NCBI GenBank assembly: GCA_050486505.1
Contig: JBJHDK010000017.1
Span: 1 to 38,094 of the forward strand
DNA: 38,094 nt
Source: Fibrobacteria bacterium
GTDB lineage: Bacteria > Fibrobacterota > Fibrobacteria > UBA11236
Direction: 5' to 3'
Part shown: positions 7,056 through 14,846 of the stretch, piece by piece
Layout: the number at the start of each line of letters is the position of its first letter
Numbering within the stretch: position 1 is the stretch's first letter
Made by a program: the position numbers and the translations under genes
Notes under the pieces: model-generated
Database searches by the model: none
Seen by the model: only the letters and a program-made list of their open reading frames with translations
What the model was told of the DNA's origin: nothing

Positions 7056-9853
7056 TTCGCCTCCACCCATGTCTTCCCGTGCCCGAGGTCGGCGACCAGC
7101 GGGACGGAGAGTTTCATGGCATTCTCCATCTCGTGCTTGACCAGCTTCGCCGCCGCGTCCACGGAATTCTCATCCACTTCGAAGACGAGTTCGTCATGCA
7201 CCTGTAGTAGCATTGTGCAAGGCAGTCTCTTGTCCTTAAGCTTCTCGTGAATGCGGATCATCGCGATCTTGATGAGATCGGCCGCGCTGCCCTGGATGGG
7301 GGTGTTGGCGGCGATGCGCTCCGCGTTCTCGCGCAGCACGCGGTTGTCCGAAAGCAGGTCGGGGATGTAACGGCGGCGGCCTGCGATGGTTTCGACATAG
7401 CCACGCTTGCGGCCCGTCGTCACCGTCTCGGCAATGAACGAGTCCACGCGTGAATACGTCGCGAAGTAGTTGTCGATGAATTGCTTGGCCTCGGCATACG
7501 GGATCTTCAACTGCCCTGCGAGGCGGTGCGCGCCCATGCCGTAGAGTACGCCGAAGTTCACCACCTTGGCCGCGCGGCGCATGTCGGCCGTCACGTCCTT
7601 CTCGTCCACGCCGTAAAGTGCGGCCGCGGTGCGCGCATGGATGTCCAGGTTGTTTTGATACGCTTCGAGCAGCGCCTTGTCTTCGGAGAGATGGGCAAGC
7701 ATCCGCAACTCGATCTGGGAGTAGTCCGCGCAGAGCAACACCTTTCCCTTCGCGGCCGTGAAACATCCGCGGATCTTGCGTCCCAGCTCCGTACGGACGG
7801 GAATGTTCTGCAAGTTGGGGTTGATACTCGACAGGCGTCCCGTGGCCGCGATCACCTGGGAATACGTGGTGTGCACGCGGCCGGTGTCCTCACGGATCAG
7901 CTCGGGCAGGGTTTCCACATAGGTGGAGCGCAGCTTCGTCACCTCGCGGTACTCCAGGATGGCCGCCACGATGGGGTGCTCGTCCGCCAGCCGCTCCAGC
8001 ACACCGGCATCGGTGGAGTAACCCGTCTTCGTTTTCTTCCCCGTCTTCAGTCCCAGGTCGGTGAACAACACCTGCTGCAATTGTTGCGGCGACGCGATGT
8101 TGAACGCCTTTCCGGCGAACCCGTGGATTTGCCGCTCCAGCCGTTCGATCTCCTCCTGCATGTCCACCGAGAGACCGCGCAGGCGCTTCTCGTCCACGAT
8201 GATGCCCGCGTCTTCCATCGACTTGAGCACGGGAAGCAGCGGCATCTCGATGGTCTCGAAAAGTTTCTCCTGCTCCTTGTCCTTCAATTCCTTCTTGAGG
8301 ACATCCCACAGGCGCAAGGTGAAGTCGGCGTCTTCCGCGCCATACTCGGCCGCCTTGTCTTGCGGCGCGTCGGCGAAACTGGTTTGCTTCTTGCCTTTGC
8401 CGATCAACTCCTCGATCGGAATCATGCTATGGCCGAAGTGCCGGAGCGCGAGACTGTCCAGACCAATCTCGCGGCTGCCCGAGTTGCACAAAAAGGCCGC
8501 GATCATGGTGTCGGCGAGCTTGGTCGGAGCGTCCCAGTTCTTCGGCAGCAGTCCGTGGTTCTCCAGTACGGGGAGATCGTACTTGGCGTTGTGCAACACC
8601 AAGGTGCGTTTCGGGTCTTCAAGGATGGTGAGCAGGGTCTTTCTGACGGCGTCGAGTTCCAGGTTGGGGCCTTCGGTGTGGCCGATGGCGACATAATATC
8701 CCGTGCCCGGTTCCACCGAAAGGCAGAGCCCCACGAGCTTCGCCGAGCGGCTGTCGAGACTGGTGGTTTCGGTATCGACCGCGATGACCGGATGCTTCGC
8801 GATTTCCTTCGCGAGCGCATCCAGAGCCTCCGCGGTATTCACAAGGGAGTACGTTCCTCGCATGTTTCCACCCGTGTCCCCGACGTCAGGGCTGTCCGCA
8901 ACGGATCCCCCCGGCTTCTGTTGTTGGGGTTGTTCATCCGGGTTCGGATATTCGGGAGGTTCACTCGCGGAAGAATGTCCGTTCGCGGCCGGCACCAGCT
9001 TCATCAGGCTCTTCAGCTCGTAGCGGAGCAGCAACTCTTTCAATCCGTCGGCGTTGACGCCGGGATAAGAGAGATCGTCCAGCGTCAGCGGGAGTTCCAG
9101 GTCGCAGTGCAAGGTCACCAGCTCCTTGGAGAGCCGCGCGTTGTCGATGTTGGCGAGCACCTTTTCGCGCAGGCCCTTCTTGGCGATGCTGCCGGCGTTC
9201 TTGAGCACGCCCTCGAGCGATCCGTAGGTTTCGAGCAACTCCACCGCGCCCTTGGGGCCGATGCCCGCGATGCCGGGCACGTTGTCGGAGCTGTCGCCGG
9301 TGATGGACAGGAAGTCCCCGATGTGTTCGGGCGGGACGCCCATCTTTTCCTTGACGGCTTTCGCGTCCACCACAAGCGAGTCCTTGTGCTGCTTCCCGAG
9401 ATCGAAGAGGAAGATACAGTCGTTGACGAGTTGCATCATGTCCTTGTCGCGCGTGACGAGATAGCTGGTCCATCCGCGTTCACAGGCTTGGGTGGCGAGC
9501 GTTGCCATCACGTCGTCGGCCTCATAGCCCGCAAGCGAAACGGTCTTGAGTCCCGACTTTTCCACGAACTCGTCGATCATGGGAAGCTGCGCGGCCAGCG
9601 AGTCGGGCATGGGCGCACGATGGGCCTTGTATTCCACGTAACGTTCGTGACGCTTGGTCGGCCCCTTGAGGTCCTTGACGAAGGCGATGTGGTCGGGGCG
9701 ACGCTCGGCGAGCAGACGGAGGATGTGCTGGGCGAAGCCGAAGACGGCGGAGGTTTCCTGCCCCTTCGAGTTCTTCAACGGCTGCTTGATGAAGGCGAAA
9801 TAGGACCGGTAGGCAAGCGCGGAGACGTCGATGAGGTAGAGGGAAGAAGGCAT
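7052..9853 (-). CDS. polA: DNA polymerase I (5'-3' exonuclease, 3'-5' exonuclease, polymerase)
   Basis: YEADDV, GDSSDNVPG, VDTETTS, HNAKYD, TGRLSSINPNLQNIP, ADYSQIELR, AKVVNFGVLYG, QVHDEL. Confidence 0.98.
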   Translation of the reverse strand: MPSSLYLIDVSALAYRSYFAFIKQPLKNSKGQETSAVFGFAQHILRLLAERRPDHIAFVKDLKGPTKRHERYVEYKAHRAPMPDSLAAQLPMIDEFVEKSGLKTVSLAGYEADDVMATLATQACERGWTSYLVTRDKDMMQLVNDCIFLFDLGKQHKDSLVVDAKAVKEKMGVPPEHIGDFLSITGDSSDNVPGIAGIGPKGAVELLETYGSLEGVLKNAGSIAKKGLREKVLANIDNARLSKELVTLHCDLELPLTLDDLSYPGVNADGLKELLLRYELKSLMKLVPAANGHSSASEPPEYPNPDEQPQQQKPGGSVADSPDVGDTGGNMRGTYSLVNTAEALDALAKEIAKHPVIAVDTETTSLDSRSAKLVGLCLSVEPGTGYYVAIGHTEGPNLELDAVRKTLLTILEDPKRTLVLHNAKYDLPVLENHGLLPKNWDAPTKLADTMIAAFLCNSGSREIGLDSLALRHFGHSMIPIEELIGKGKKQTSFADAPQDKAAEYGAEDADFTLRLWDVLKKELKDKEQEKLFETIEMPLLPVLKSMEDAGIIVDEKRLRGLSVDMQEEIERLERQIHGFAGKAFNIASPQQLQQVLFTDLGLKTGKKTKTGYSTDAGVLERLADEHPIVAAILEYREVTKLRSTYVETLPELIREDTGRVHTTYSQVIAATGRLSSINPNLQNIPVRTELGRKIRGCFTAAKGKVLLCADYSQIELRMLAHLSEDKALLEAYQNNLDIHARTAAALYGVDEKDVTADMRRAAKVVNFGVLYGMGAHRLAGQLKIPYAEAKQFIDNYFATYSRVDSFIAETVTTGRKRGYVETIAGRRRYIPDLLSDNRVLRENAERIAANTPIQGSAADLIKIAMIRIHEKLKDKRLPCTMLLQVHDELVFEVDENSVDAAAKLVKHEMENAMKLSVPLVADLGHGKTWVEAK

Positions 9854-9936
9854 TACGGGGGTGTTCTCCGGGGGATTTCCGTGCTGGGGGACCCCTGAAA
9901 TCTACACTAGGGTCCGGGGCTCTTTGTGGGCACAAT

Positions 9937-10044
9937 CCTCACCCCCAACCCCCCCGGCCCCCTTCCCCCTCTCCAGTTCAGCTGGAGAGGGGGAAGGGGG
10001 AGAGTGACTCTGCAGTTGCGACTTTCCCGGGGTTGGGGGTGAGG
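9937..10044. repeat. Nested palindromic intergenic element (16-bp terminal inverted repeats around a 19-bp perfect hairpin)
   Basis: CCTCACCCCCAACCCC (9937-9952) / GGGGTTGGGGGTGAGG (10029-10044); inner stem 9958-9976 / 9982-10000 with a TTCAG loop. Confidence 0.8.
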
Positions 10045-12738
10045 CTACCGTGGTCCCTCGAAGAATGCGTCGCAGGCGGCACGGAAGCGTTGCCAAAGCT
10101 CGCGTTCCACGGCGCGCGGCGCGGCGGGCGCGGCCTTCCATTGTGCCTGCAAGGTGCGGATCTTGTCGACGACTTCGCGGCGGTCGCCGTCCACGGGGAG
10201 TGATTCCGCTTCGGTGCAGATGTCTTCCTTGATGCGGATCCCCTCTTCCCGTGCTTCGCGATCCGCGGCGCCGCGCTCGCGTCGCCCGTCGAAGTAGGCG
10301 TCGATCGGCTTGCGGAAGCGCTCCCAGATTTCTTCCTCCTGCTCGCGCGGCACGGGGCCGATCGCCTTCCATTGCGCCTGCGCTTCGAGAATGCGCTGAT
10401 ACTTCTCGTCGTCGGTTTCGAGGGTGTCCAGCGACTCTACCATCTCGCACAGGGCAAGCTTTTTCTCCAGGTTGAGCGGGCGCTCCGCGTCCAGCTGCTC
10501 GTAGTGCGCGCGCCGCGCCTTGAAGAAGGTTTCACAGGCCCCGTGGAAGCGTTTCCACAAGGCCTCCGACTTGTCGCGCGGCACGGGGCCGATCGCCTTC
10601 CATGCCTCCTGCGCCTCCTTGATGCGCGCGGCGGTTTTCTTCCACTCCGTGGAATCCTTCAGGCTTTCCGCGAGGTCGGCGAGTTCCTGCTTGGCGCGCA
10701 GGTTCTCCTTGAGATGTCCGTCGCGCCGCTCGTGATACACCTTGTTGACGGCGCGGAACCGCTCCCACAACGCATCGGATTTGTCCTTCGGTACGGCGCC
10801 CATGTCTTTCCACGCCGTATGGGCCTCGCGGAAGGCTTCGCCGACATCGCGCCAGTCGGCACCTTCGTCCGCGATCAACGCCTCCAACCGCGCGCAGAGT
10901 TCCTCCTTGCGCGCGAGATTGGCCTCGCGCTCGCTTTCCAGCTCCGCGAAAAACTCCCGGCACTTTTCGTACAACGCGTCCGAGACCGTGTGATAGCGTT
11001 CCCACAGCGCGTCATTCGCGTCCCAGGGCACGGGGCCGATCGTTTTCCATTCGGCGGAAAGGTCCTTGAAGCGCGCGTACACGGGGCGCAGGTCCGCGTC
11101 CTGTTGCTCTTCCTGCGCCTTCAACAGGGCCTCGAGTCGGTCGCACACGTCTTCCTTCCGCTTCAGGTTCGACCAGCGGTTCCACTCCAGCGTGTCGCGG
11201 AGATGGTCGGAGGCGGTGTGCCAGCGCGCCACGAGATCGGAGGCGTCGGATCCGTTGGCATCGAGGCTTTTCAGCCATCCCTTGGCCAACCCCTGCAATT
11301 CCCGGAGCCGCTTCTCGGCGGCGCGCAGGTCGGTGGAGGCGGCGAGCGCGGCGAGTTCGGTGACCGCGGCCTCCAGGGACTCCGCGACAGTGCGGCGTGC
11401 GACTTCGAGGGAGTCGCGCAGGCCGTCCATTGCCCTTCCGAGGCGTTCGGCCAGCAGTGCGTTGCTCATCTGCGGCTCGACGTAAGCGGTCGCGGCAGCC
11501 CAGTCCTTCTGCAAGGACTTCATGCGGGCGGCGACGGTCTCCGGGTCCGGGATCCCTGACGTTGCGGCTTTCGCACGCAGGCTCTCGGCCTTGTCGACCA
11601 GCTCTTCCAGTCGTGTCCTGGCCGCTTCCGCCTGTTGCTGGCGCTGATCGGCGGTTTCCGCCTCGCGCTGCTTGCGAAGCTTTTCCTTGGTCACCCGTTC
11701 CTTCGCCAACCTGAAGCGCTCGCGCATGGGGTTGCCCTCGGGGCCGTGGCCGGCCTCGTCGAAGCGCCGGGACAGTTCCTTGACCTCTTCCGGATCTGCG
11801 GGGCGCGGGTCGGCGTAGATCGCCTCCATGCGTTCGCACAGGGCCGCCTGCGTTTCGAGCAGGGCGCGCTCTTCCTCGTCGCGCCGCCGCCGCTCCGACT
11901 CGGTCGCGACATGCTGTGCGTGGCGTTCGCGGAATGTCGCGATCTTTTCCCTGAAGCGCCCCAGCGCATCCTCCGCGACAGCAAGCCCCGCGGCCAAAAG
12001 TTCCTGCAAGCCTTCCTCCGCGTTTTCGACGCGGGAGAGCACCCCCTCCCAGTCGAATTCGGGATCGAGCCCCGAGGATCCTGTTGCCGCATTTTCGATG
12101 GTCGTCTCGAGCACCTTGAACCGGGCGCGGTTCAGCGCGTCCTCGTCCGGCTTTGCGGCTGCAGCGAGGACCCCCAACCTTTCCTTCGCCGCTTTTCTCG
12201 CCTCGGCGGTCACCGCGCCTTTCGCCACCGCTTCCAGTTGCGTCACGCGGGACAGTTGCTCAAGGGCCTTGAGGGCCAGGGGGGCGTCGGTTTCCTTCAG
12301 GGCGATGGCGAGCAGGGAACTCGCATGGGTGACTCCTGAGAACGCCGCAGTGCGCACGGCGGTGGAGGCCGCATTCAAGGCCAAATCTTCAAAGATCTTC
12401 TCCGCCGCGGCGAGGCTTCGGAGCTCATCGATCCATGCGACAGCTTTTTCCGTTTGTGCATCAGGAGCCGTGCGCGCCCACCCGGCCACGATTTTCACCA
12501 GCGCCTTGCGCACGACGTCCAGTACCACCTTGTCTGAATTGGAGGCAAGCGCCTTGCGCAGGTCTTCCTCGCGGACGAGCCGCTTCGCCGCGGCCAGGCG
12601 CACGGTGGGGTCGGGATCTTCGGTCGCGAGGTAGAGCAGGACATCGGTGCGGTTGTCCTCGATGTGCCGCGCGGCAGCGAGGCGTTTTTCGATGTCGCTG
12701 TGTTTCCATTGGGGGCGAAGCAGGTCGAGCAGTGCCAT
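10045..12738 (-). CDS. DUF349-repeat protein with N-terminal HEAT-like repeats
   Basis: Repeated WKxIGPVP...LWxRF...NLxxKxxLC units; N-terminal RPQWKHSDIEKRLAA and DPTVRLAAAKRL; GGAG SD. Confidence 0.85.
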   Translation of the reverse strand: MALLDLLRPQWKHSDIEKRLAAARHIEDNRTDVLLYLATEDPDPTVRLAAAKRLVREEDLRKALASNSDKVVLDVVRKALVKIVAGWARTAPDAQTEKAVAWIDELRSLAAAEKIFEDLALNAASTAVRTAAFSGVTHASSLLAIALKETDAPLALKALEQLSRVTQLEAVAKGAVTAEARKAAKERLGVLAAAAKPDEDALNRARFKVLETTIENAATGSSGLDPEFDWEGVLSRVENAEEGLQELLAAGLAVAEDALGRFREKIATFRERHAQHVATESERRRRDEEERALLETQAALCERMEAIYADPRPADPEEVKELSRRFDEAGHGPEGNPMRERFRLAKERVTKEKLRKQREAETADQRQQQAEAARTRLEELVDKAESLRAKAATSGIPDPETVAARMKSLQKDWAAATAYVEPQMSNALLAERLGRAMDGLRDSLEVARRTVAESLEAAVTELAALAASTDLRAAEKRLRELQGLAKGWLKSLDANGSDASDLVARWHTASDHLRDTLEWNRWSNLKRKEDVCDRLEALLKAQEEQQDADLRPVYARFKDLSAEWKTIGPVPWDANDALWERYHTVSDALYEKCREFFAELESEREANLARKEELCARLEALIADEGADWRDVGEAFREAHTAWKDMGAVPKDKSDALWERFRAVNKVYHERRDGHLKENLRAKQELADLAESLKDSTEWKKTAARIKEAQEAWKAIGPVPRDKSEALWKRFHGACETFFKARRAHYEQLDAERPLNLEKKLALCEMVESLDTLETDDEKYQRILEAQAQWKAIGPVPREQEEEIWERFRKPIDAYFDGRRERGAADREAREEGIRIKEDICTEAESLPVDGDRREVVDKIRTLQAQWKAAPAAPRAVERELWQRFRAACDAFFEGPR

Positions 12739-12831
12739 GGGGGGCTCCGGGGGTCGTGGCTGTGTCGGGGTGCGCGGTGGCGCGCCCGGTGTCGTGGTGC
12801 CGCCTCCGGGAAATCCGGGGGCGGAACAAGC

Positions 12832-12840
12832 ATTCTAGCA
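12832..12840 (-). promoter_or_regulatory. Extended -10 element (TGcTAGAAT) upstream of the DUF349 gene
   Basis: Minus strand reads TGCTAGAAT about 95 nt before ATG 12738. Confidence 0.5.
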
Positions 12841-12960
12841 ATCGGGGGGAGTGACGACCGTCCGTATTGTCGGGAAGGGGACGGCGTTGTTTTCCGGACT
12901 TGCGGGGTGGCTCCCCGGACGCGCCCGCTGCTCGCACCAAGCGCCGCGGGGCGGCATGAG

Positions 12961-13041
12961 AAGTGATCAATGACCAGTGAACAGTAAAACCGGGACTCCC
13001 GGTTCCCATTGCTCACTGTTCACTGCATACTGTCCACTGTC
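12961..13041. repeat. Inverted heptamer-repeat arms (CAGTGAA-like / TTCACTG-like) around a GC hairpin; possible terminator
   Basis: CAGTGAACAGT 12975-12985 pairs with ACTGTTCACTG 13015-13025; inner AACCGGG/CCCGGTT; ACTG repeated with period 7. Confidence 0.55.
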
Positions 13042-13042
13042 C

Positions 13043-13675
13043 TCAATACTTCACCGTGCACCCGTACGCCCGGGTCGCGTTGGGCTCGATCGGGTTCCCG
13101 GCGAACCCGGCAGTCAGCGCATTGTCCACATAGGGCGTGGCGCCCTCGATGTCGGCCAGGCGTGAGGTCGGCTTGTCGTCGATGGCGCCGATGTACACCA
13201 GTTTCCCCTCGGGATTGATCACGTACATGTGCGGGGTCACGCGCGCCCCGTACTTGCGGCCCACCGTGCCGTCGGTGTCGAGCAGGTACGCCGTGTGCGC
13301 GGCCTTCTCCTTCGCGATGCGCTCCTTCAGTGCGGGGATCTCGAAGTGGCCCTGAGAGCCCGGCTTCGAGGAGTTGACGGCGTACCAGATCACGCCCTTG
13401 TCGCGCCACTTCTTCTGCAGCGCGGGCATGGTGCCCGAGTTGTAATGCTTCTTCACGAAGGGGCAGTCATAATTGATCCATTCGAGCACAACCCACTTGC
13501 CGGCGTGATCAGCGAGGGTGTGCTCGACGCCATCGACATCGGGCAAGGTGAAAGCCGGTGCCGCATCGCCCGGTACAGGAGTGGCGTGACCCTTCCCGCC
13601 TCCGTGATTGGCTGCGTGGGGAAGTGACATGAGAGCCAGGACCAGACCGAGTGTGGTGACGAGTGACTTTTTCAT
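13043..13675 (-). CDS. Exported AhpC/TSA (redoxin, thioredoxin-fold) protein
   Basis: Signal peptide; APAFTLPD, VVLEWINYDCPFVKKHY, YGARVTPHMYVI, YIGAIDD, YGCTVKY. Confidence 0.88.
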   Translation of the reverse strand: MKKSLVTTLGLVLALMSLPHAANHGGGKGHATPVPGDAAPAFTLPDVDGVEHTLADHAGKWVVLEWINYDCPFVKKHYNSGTMPALQKKWRDKGVIWYAVNSSKPGSQGHFEIPALKERIAKEKAAHTAYLLDTDGTVGRKYGARVTPHMYVINPEGKLVYIGAIDDKPTSRLADIEGATPYVDNALTAGFAGNPIEPNATRAYGCTVKY

Positions 13676-14631
13676 TTGGATTTCCTTTCTTCGTTCTTGG
13701 CGCGCAGAATCAATACGATAACGAGCACGAGGCCGATCAGAACAGCGAAAGTGCCCACCAGTATCCTGAAGTCCCTGCCCGTGGATGCGGAAAAATCAGT
13801 CGGCGCGGCGATCATGATTCCGGGAACGGTGTTTCCGTCCGGCAACTCCCATCCATCTGCGGCGGTGAGCACGCCTTCCACGAGCGCAGGTTGCGCCAAC
13901 ATCAGGGGGTCCCGATCCAGCGTGAGGACGACCTGGTTCCCCTCCACACTCAAACGTTGGGGGGCCCCGTTCTCGATGACACCCTGTTCATGGGGGAAAA
14001 AGGACACGCCTTCGGGGATTCCGTCATCCGGGCCAAGGGTCCAGCGGATTTCGAGCGTGTTGTCGCTATACACCGCGTGCCAGCGCCAGTCGGGTGCGGG
14101 AACCGGCATGCGCTCGAGGACGTTGTTCCATTCCTCCGCGCGGGATTCATCGATTCGGGTTTCGTCGACATCGACGGACAGCGAAAGCGCGGCGCTTTCG
14201 GGGATGCATTCGTCGCTGCAGATCAGCCACTCGGCGCGCGCGGACAACGTGTGCGGGCCCGGAAGCGCGTCGGCGGCGACGTGCATCCACAGGGGATACC
14301 ACACCTCCGAGGTGTAGCCGAAGCTGGCGAAGGGCGGGTGTTCGATGCGTTCGGGGGAAATGAAGCCGATGTCGCCCGCGGAGAACCCGTGGGGCAAATC
14401 CCAGTCGAGAGTGGGGGCGAGGCCCGCGTCGCCGGGGTTCGACCAGTAGACATACCACCCGTCCTCGGGTACCAGGCGCAGGGCGACGCGGAAGGAGTCG
14501 CCGGGCGCGACCGAAGAGACGCGGGAAACCAGTTCGGCTTCCGCGTGATCGGTGCGGACGGCTTGTGCCGCAACGTGGGTTCCGGAAAGAATCGTGAATG
14601 GAATGAACAGGAGTGGTGTCAGCAAACGCAT
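13672..14631 (-). CDS. DsbD N-terminal-domain protein with a single C-terminal TM helix
   Basis: GWYVYWSNPGDAGL, WLICSDECIP; ATG 14631 gives a signal peptide and follows an extended -10 box. Confidence 0.8.
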   Translation of the reverse strand: MRLLTPLLFIPFTILSGTHVAAQAVRTDHAEAELVSRVSSVAPGDSFRVALRLVPEDGWYVYWSNPGDAGLAPTLDWDLPHGFSAGDIGFISPERIEHPPFASFGYTSEVWYPLWMHVAADALPGPHTLSARAEWLICSDECIPESAALSLSVDVDETRIDESRAEEWNNVLERMPVPAPDWRWHAVYSDNTLEIRWTLGPDDGIPEGVSFFPHEQGVIENGAPQRLSVEGNQVVLTLDRDPLMLAQPALVEGVLTAADGWELPDGNTVPGIMIAAPTDFSASTGRDFRILVGTFAVLIGLVLVIVLILRAKNEERKSK

Positions 14632-14773
14632 GGCGACAGAATAGCAGATAATCGTCATCAGGGCCACCCGCGAAAGCTTTTTGAACCGTTCTCCCTCGAA
14701 GGATTGCACCATTTTCGCCATCACGGAAACACATTGAAACATCGCGCCGATCAAGGAGGTTTTTGGCAAACGC

Positions 14774-14801
14774 AAAAAAGCCTCCCCGTTTCCGGGGAGG
14801 C
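14774..14801 (-). terminator. Rho-independent terminator of the TonB receptor gene
   Basis: Minus strand GCCTCCCCG-GAAA-CGGGGAGGC-TTTTTT, 45 nt after the stop at 14847. Confidence 0.85.
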
Positions 14802-14846
14802 CTTCATGTCCTGGCGAAGGATGTTGTCTCCAGCAGCGTGCTTGCG

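Noticed and set aside
7481..9898. 805-aa plus-strand ORF
   Set aside because: Antisense shadow of polA, expected from high-GC codon bias; no recognisable motifs.
12740..12960. Possible structured ncRNA (SRP, 6S or riboswitch) upstream of the DUF349 gene
   Set aside because: GC hairpins are present but no diagnostic motif was recognised; an Rfam scan would be needed.
14632..14775. N-terminal extension of the DsbD-like ORF (similar extensions on coaE, rhomboid, rsmD, pilM, the activator and the lipoprotein)
   Set aside because: Extensions run over terminators, promoters or upstream genes; downstream starts give better signal peptides, SD motifs or -10 spacing.
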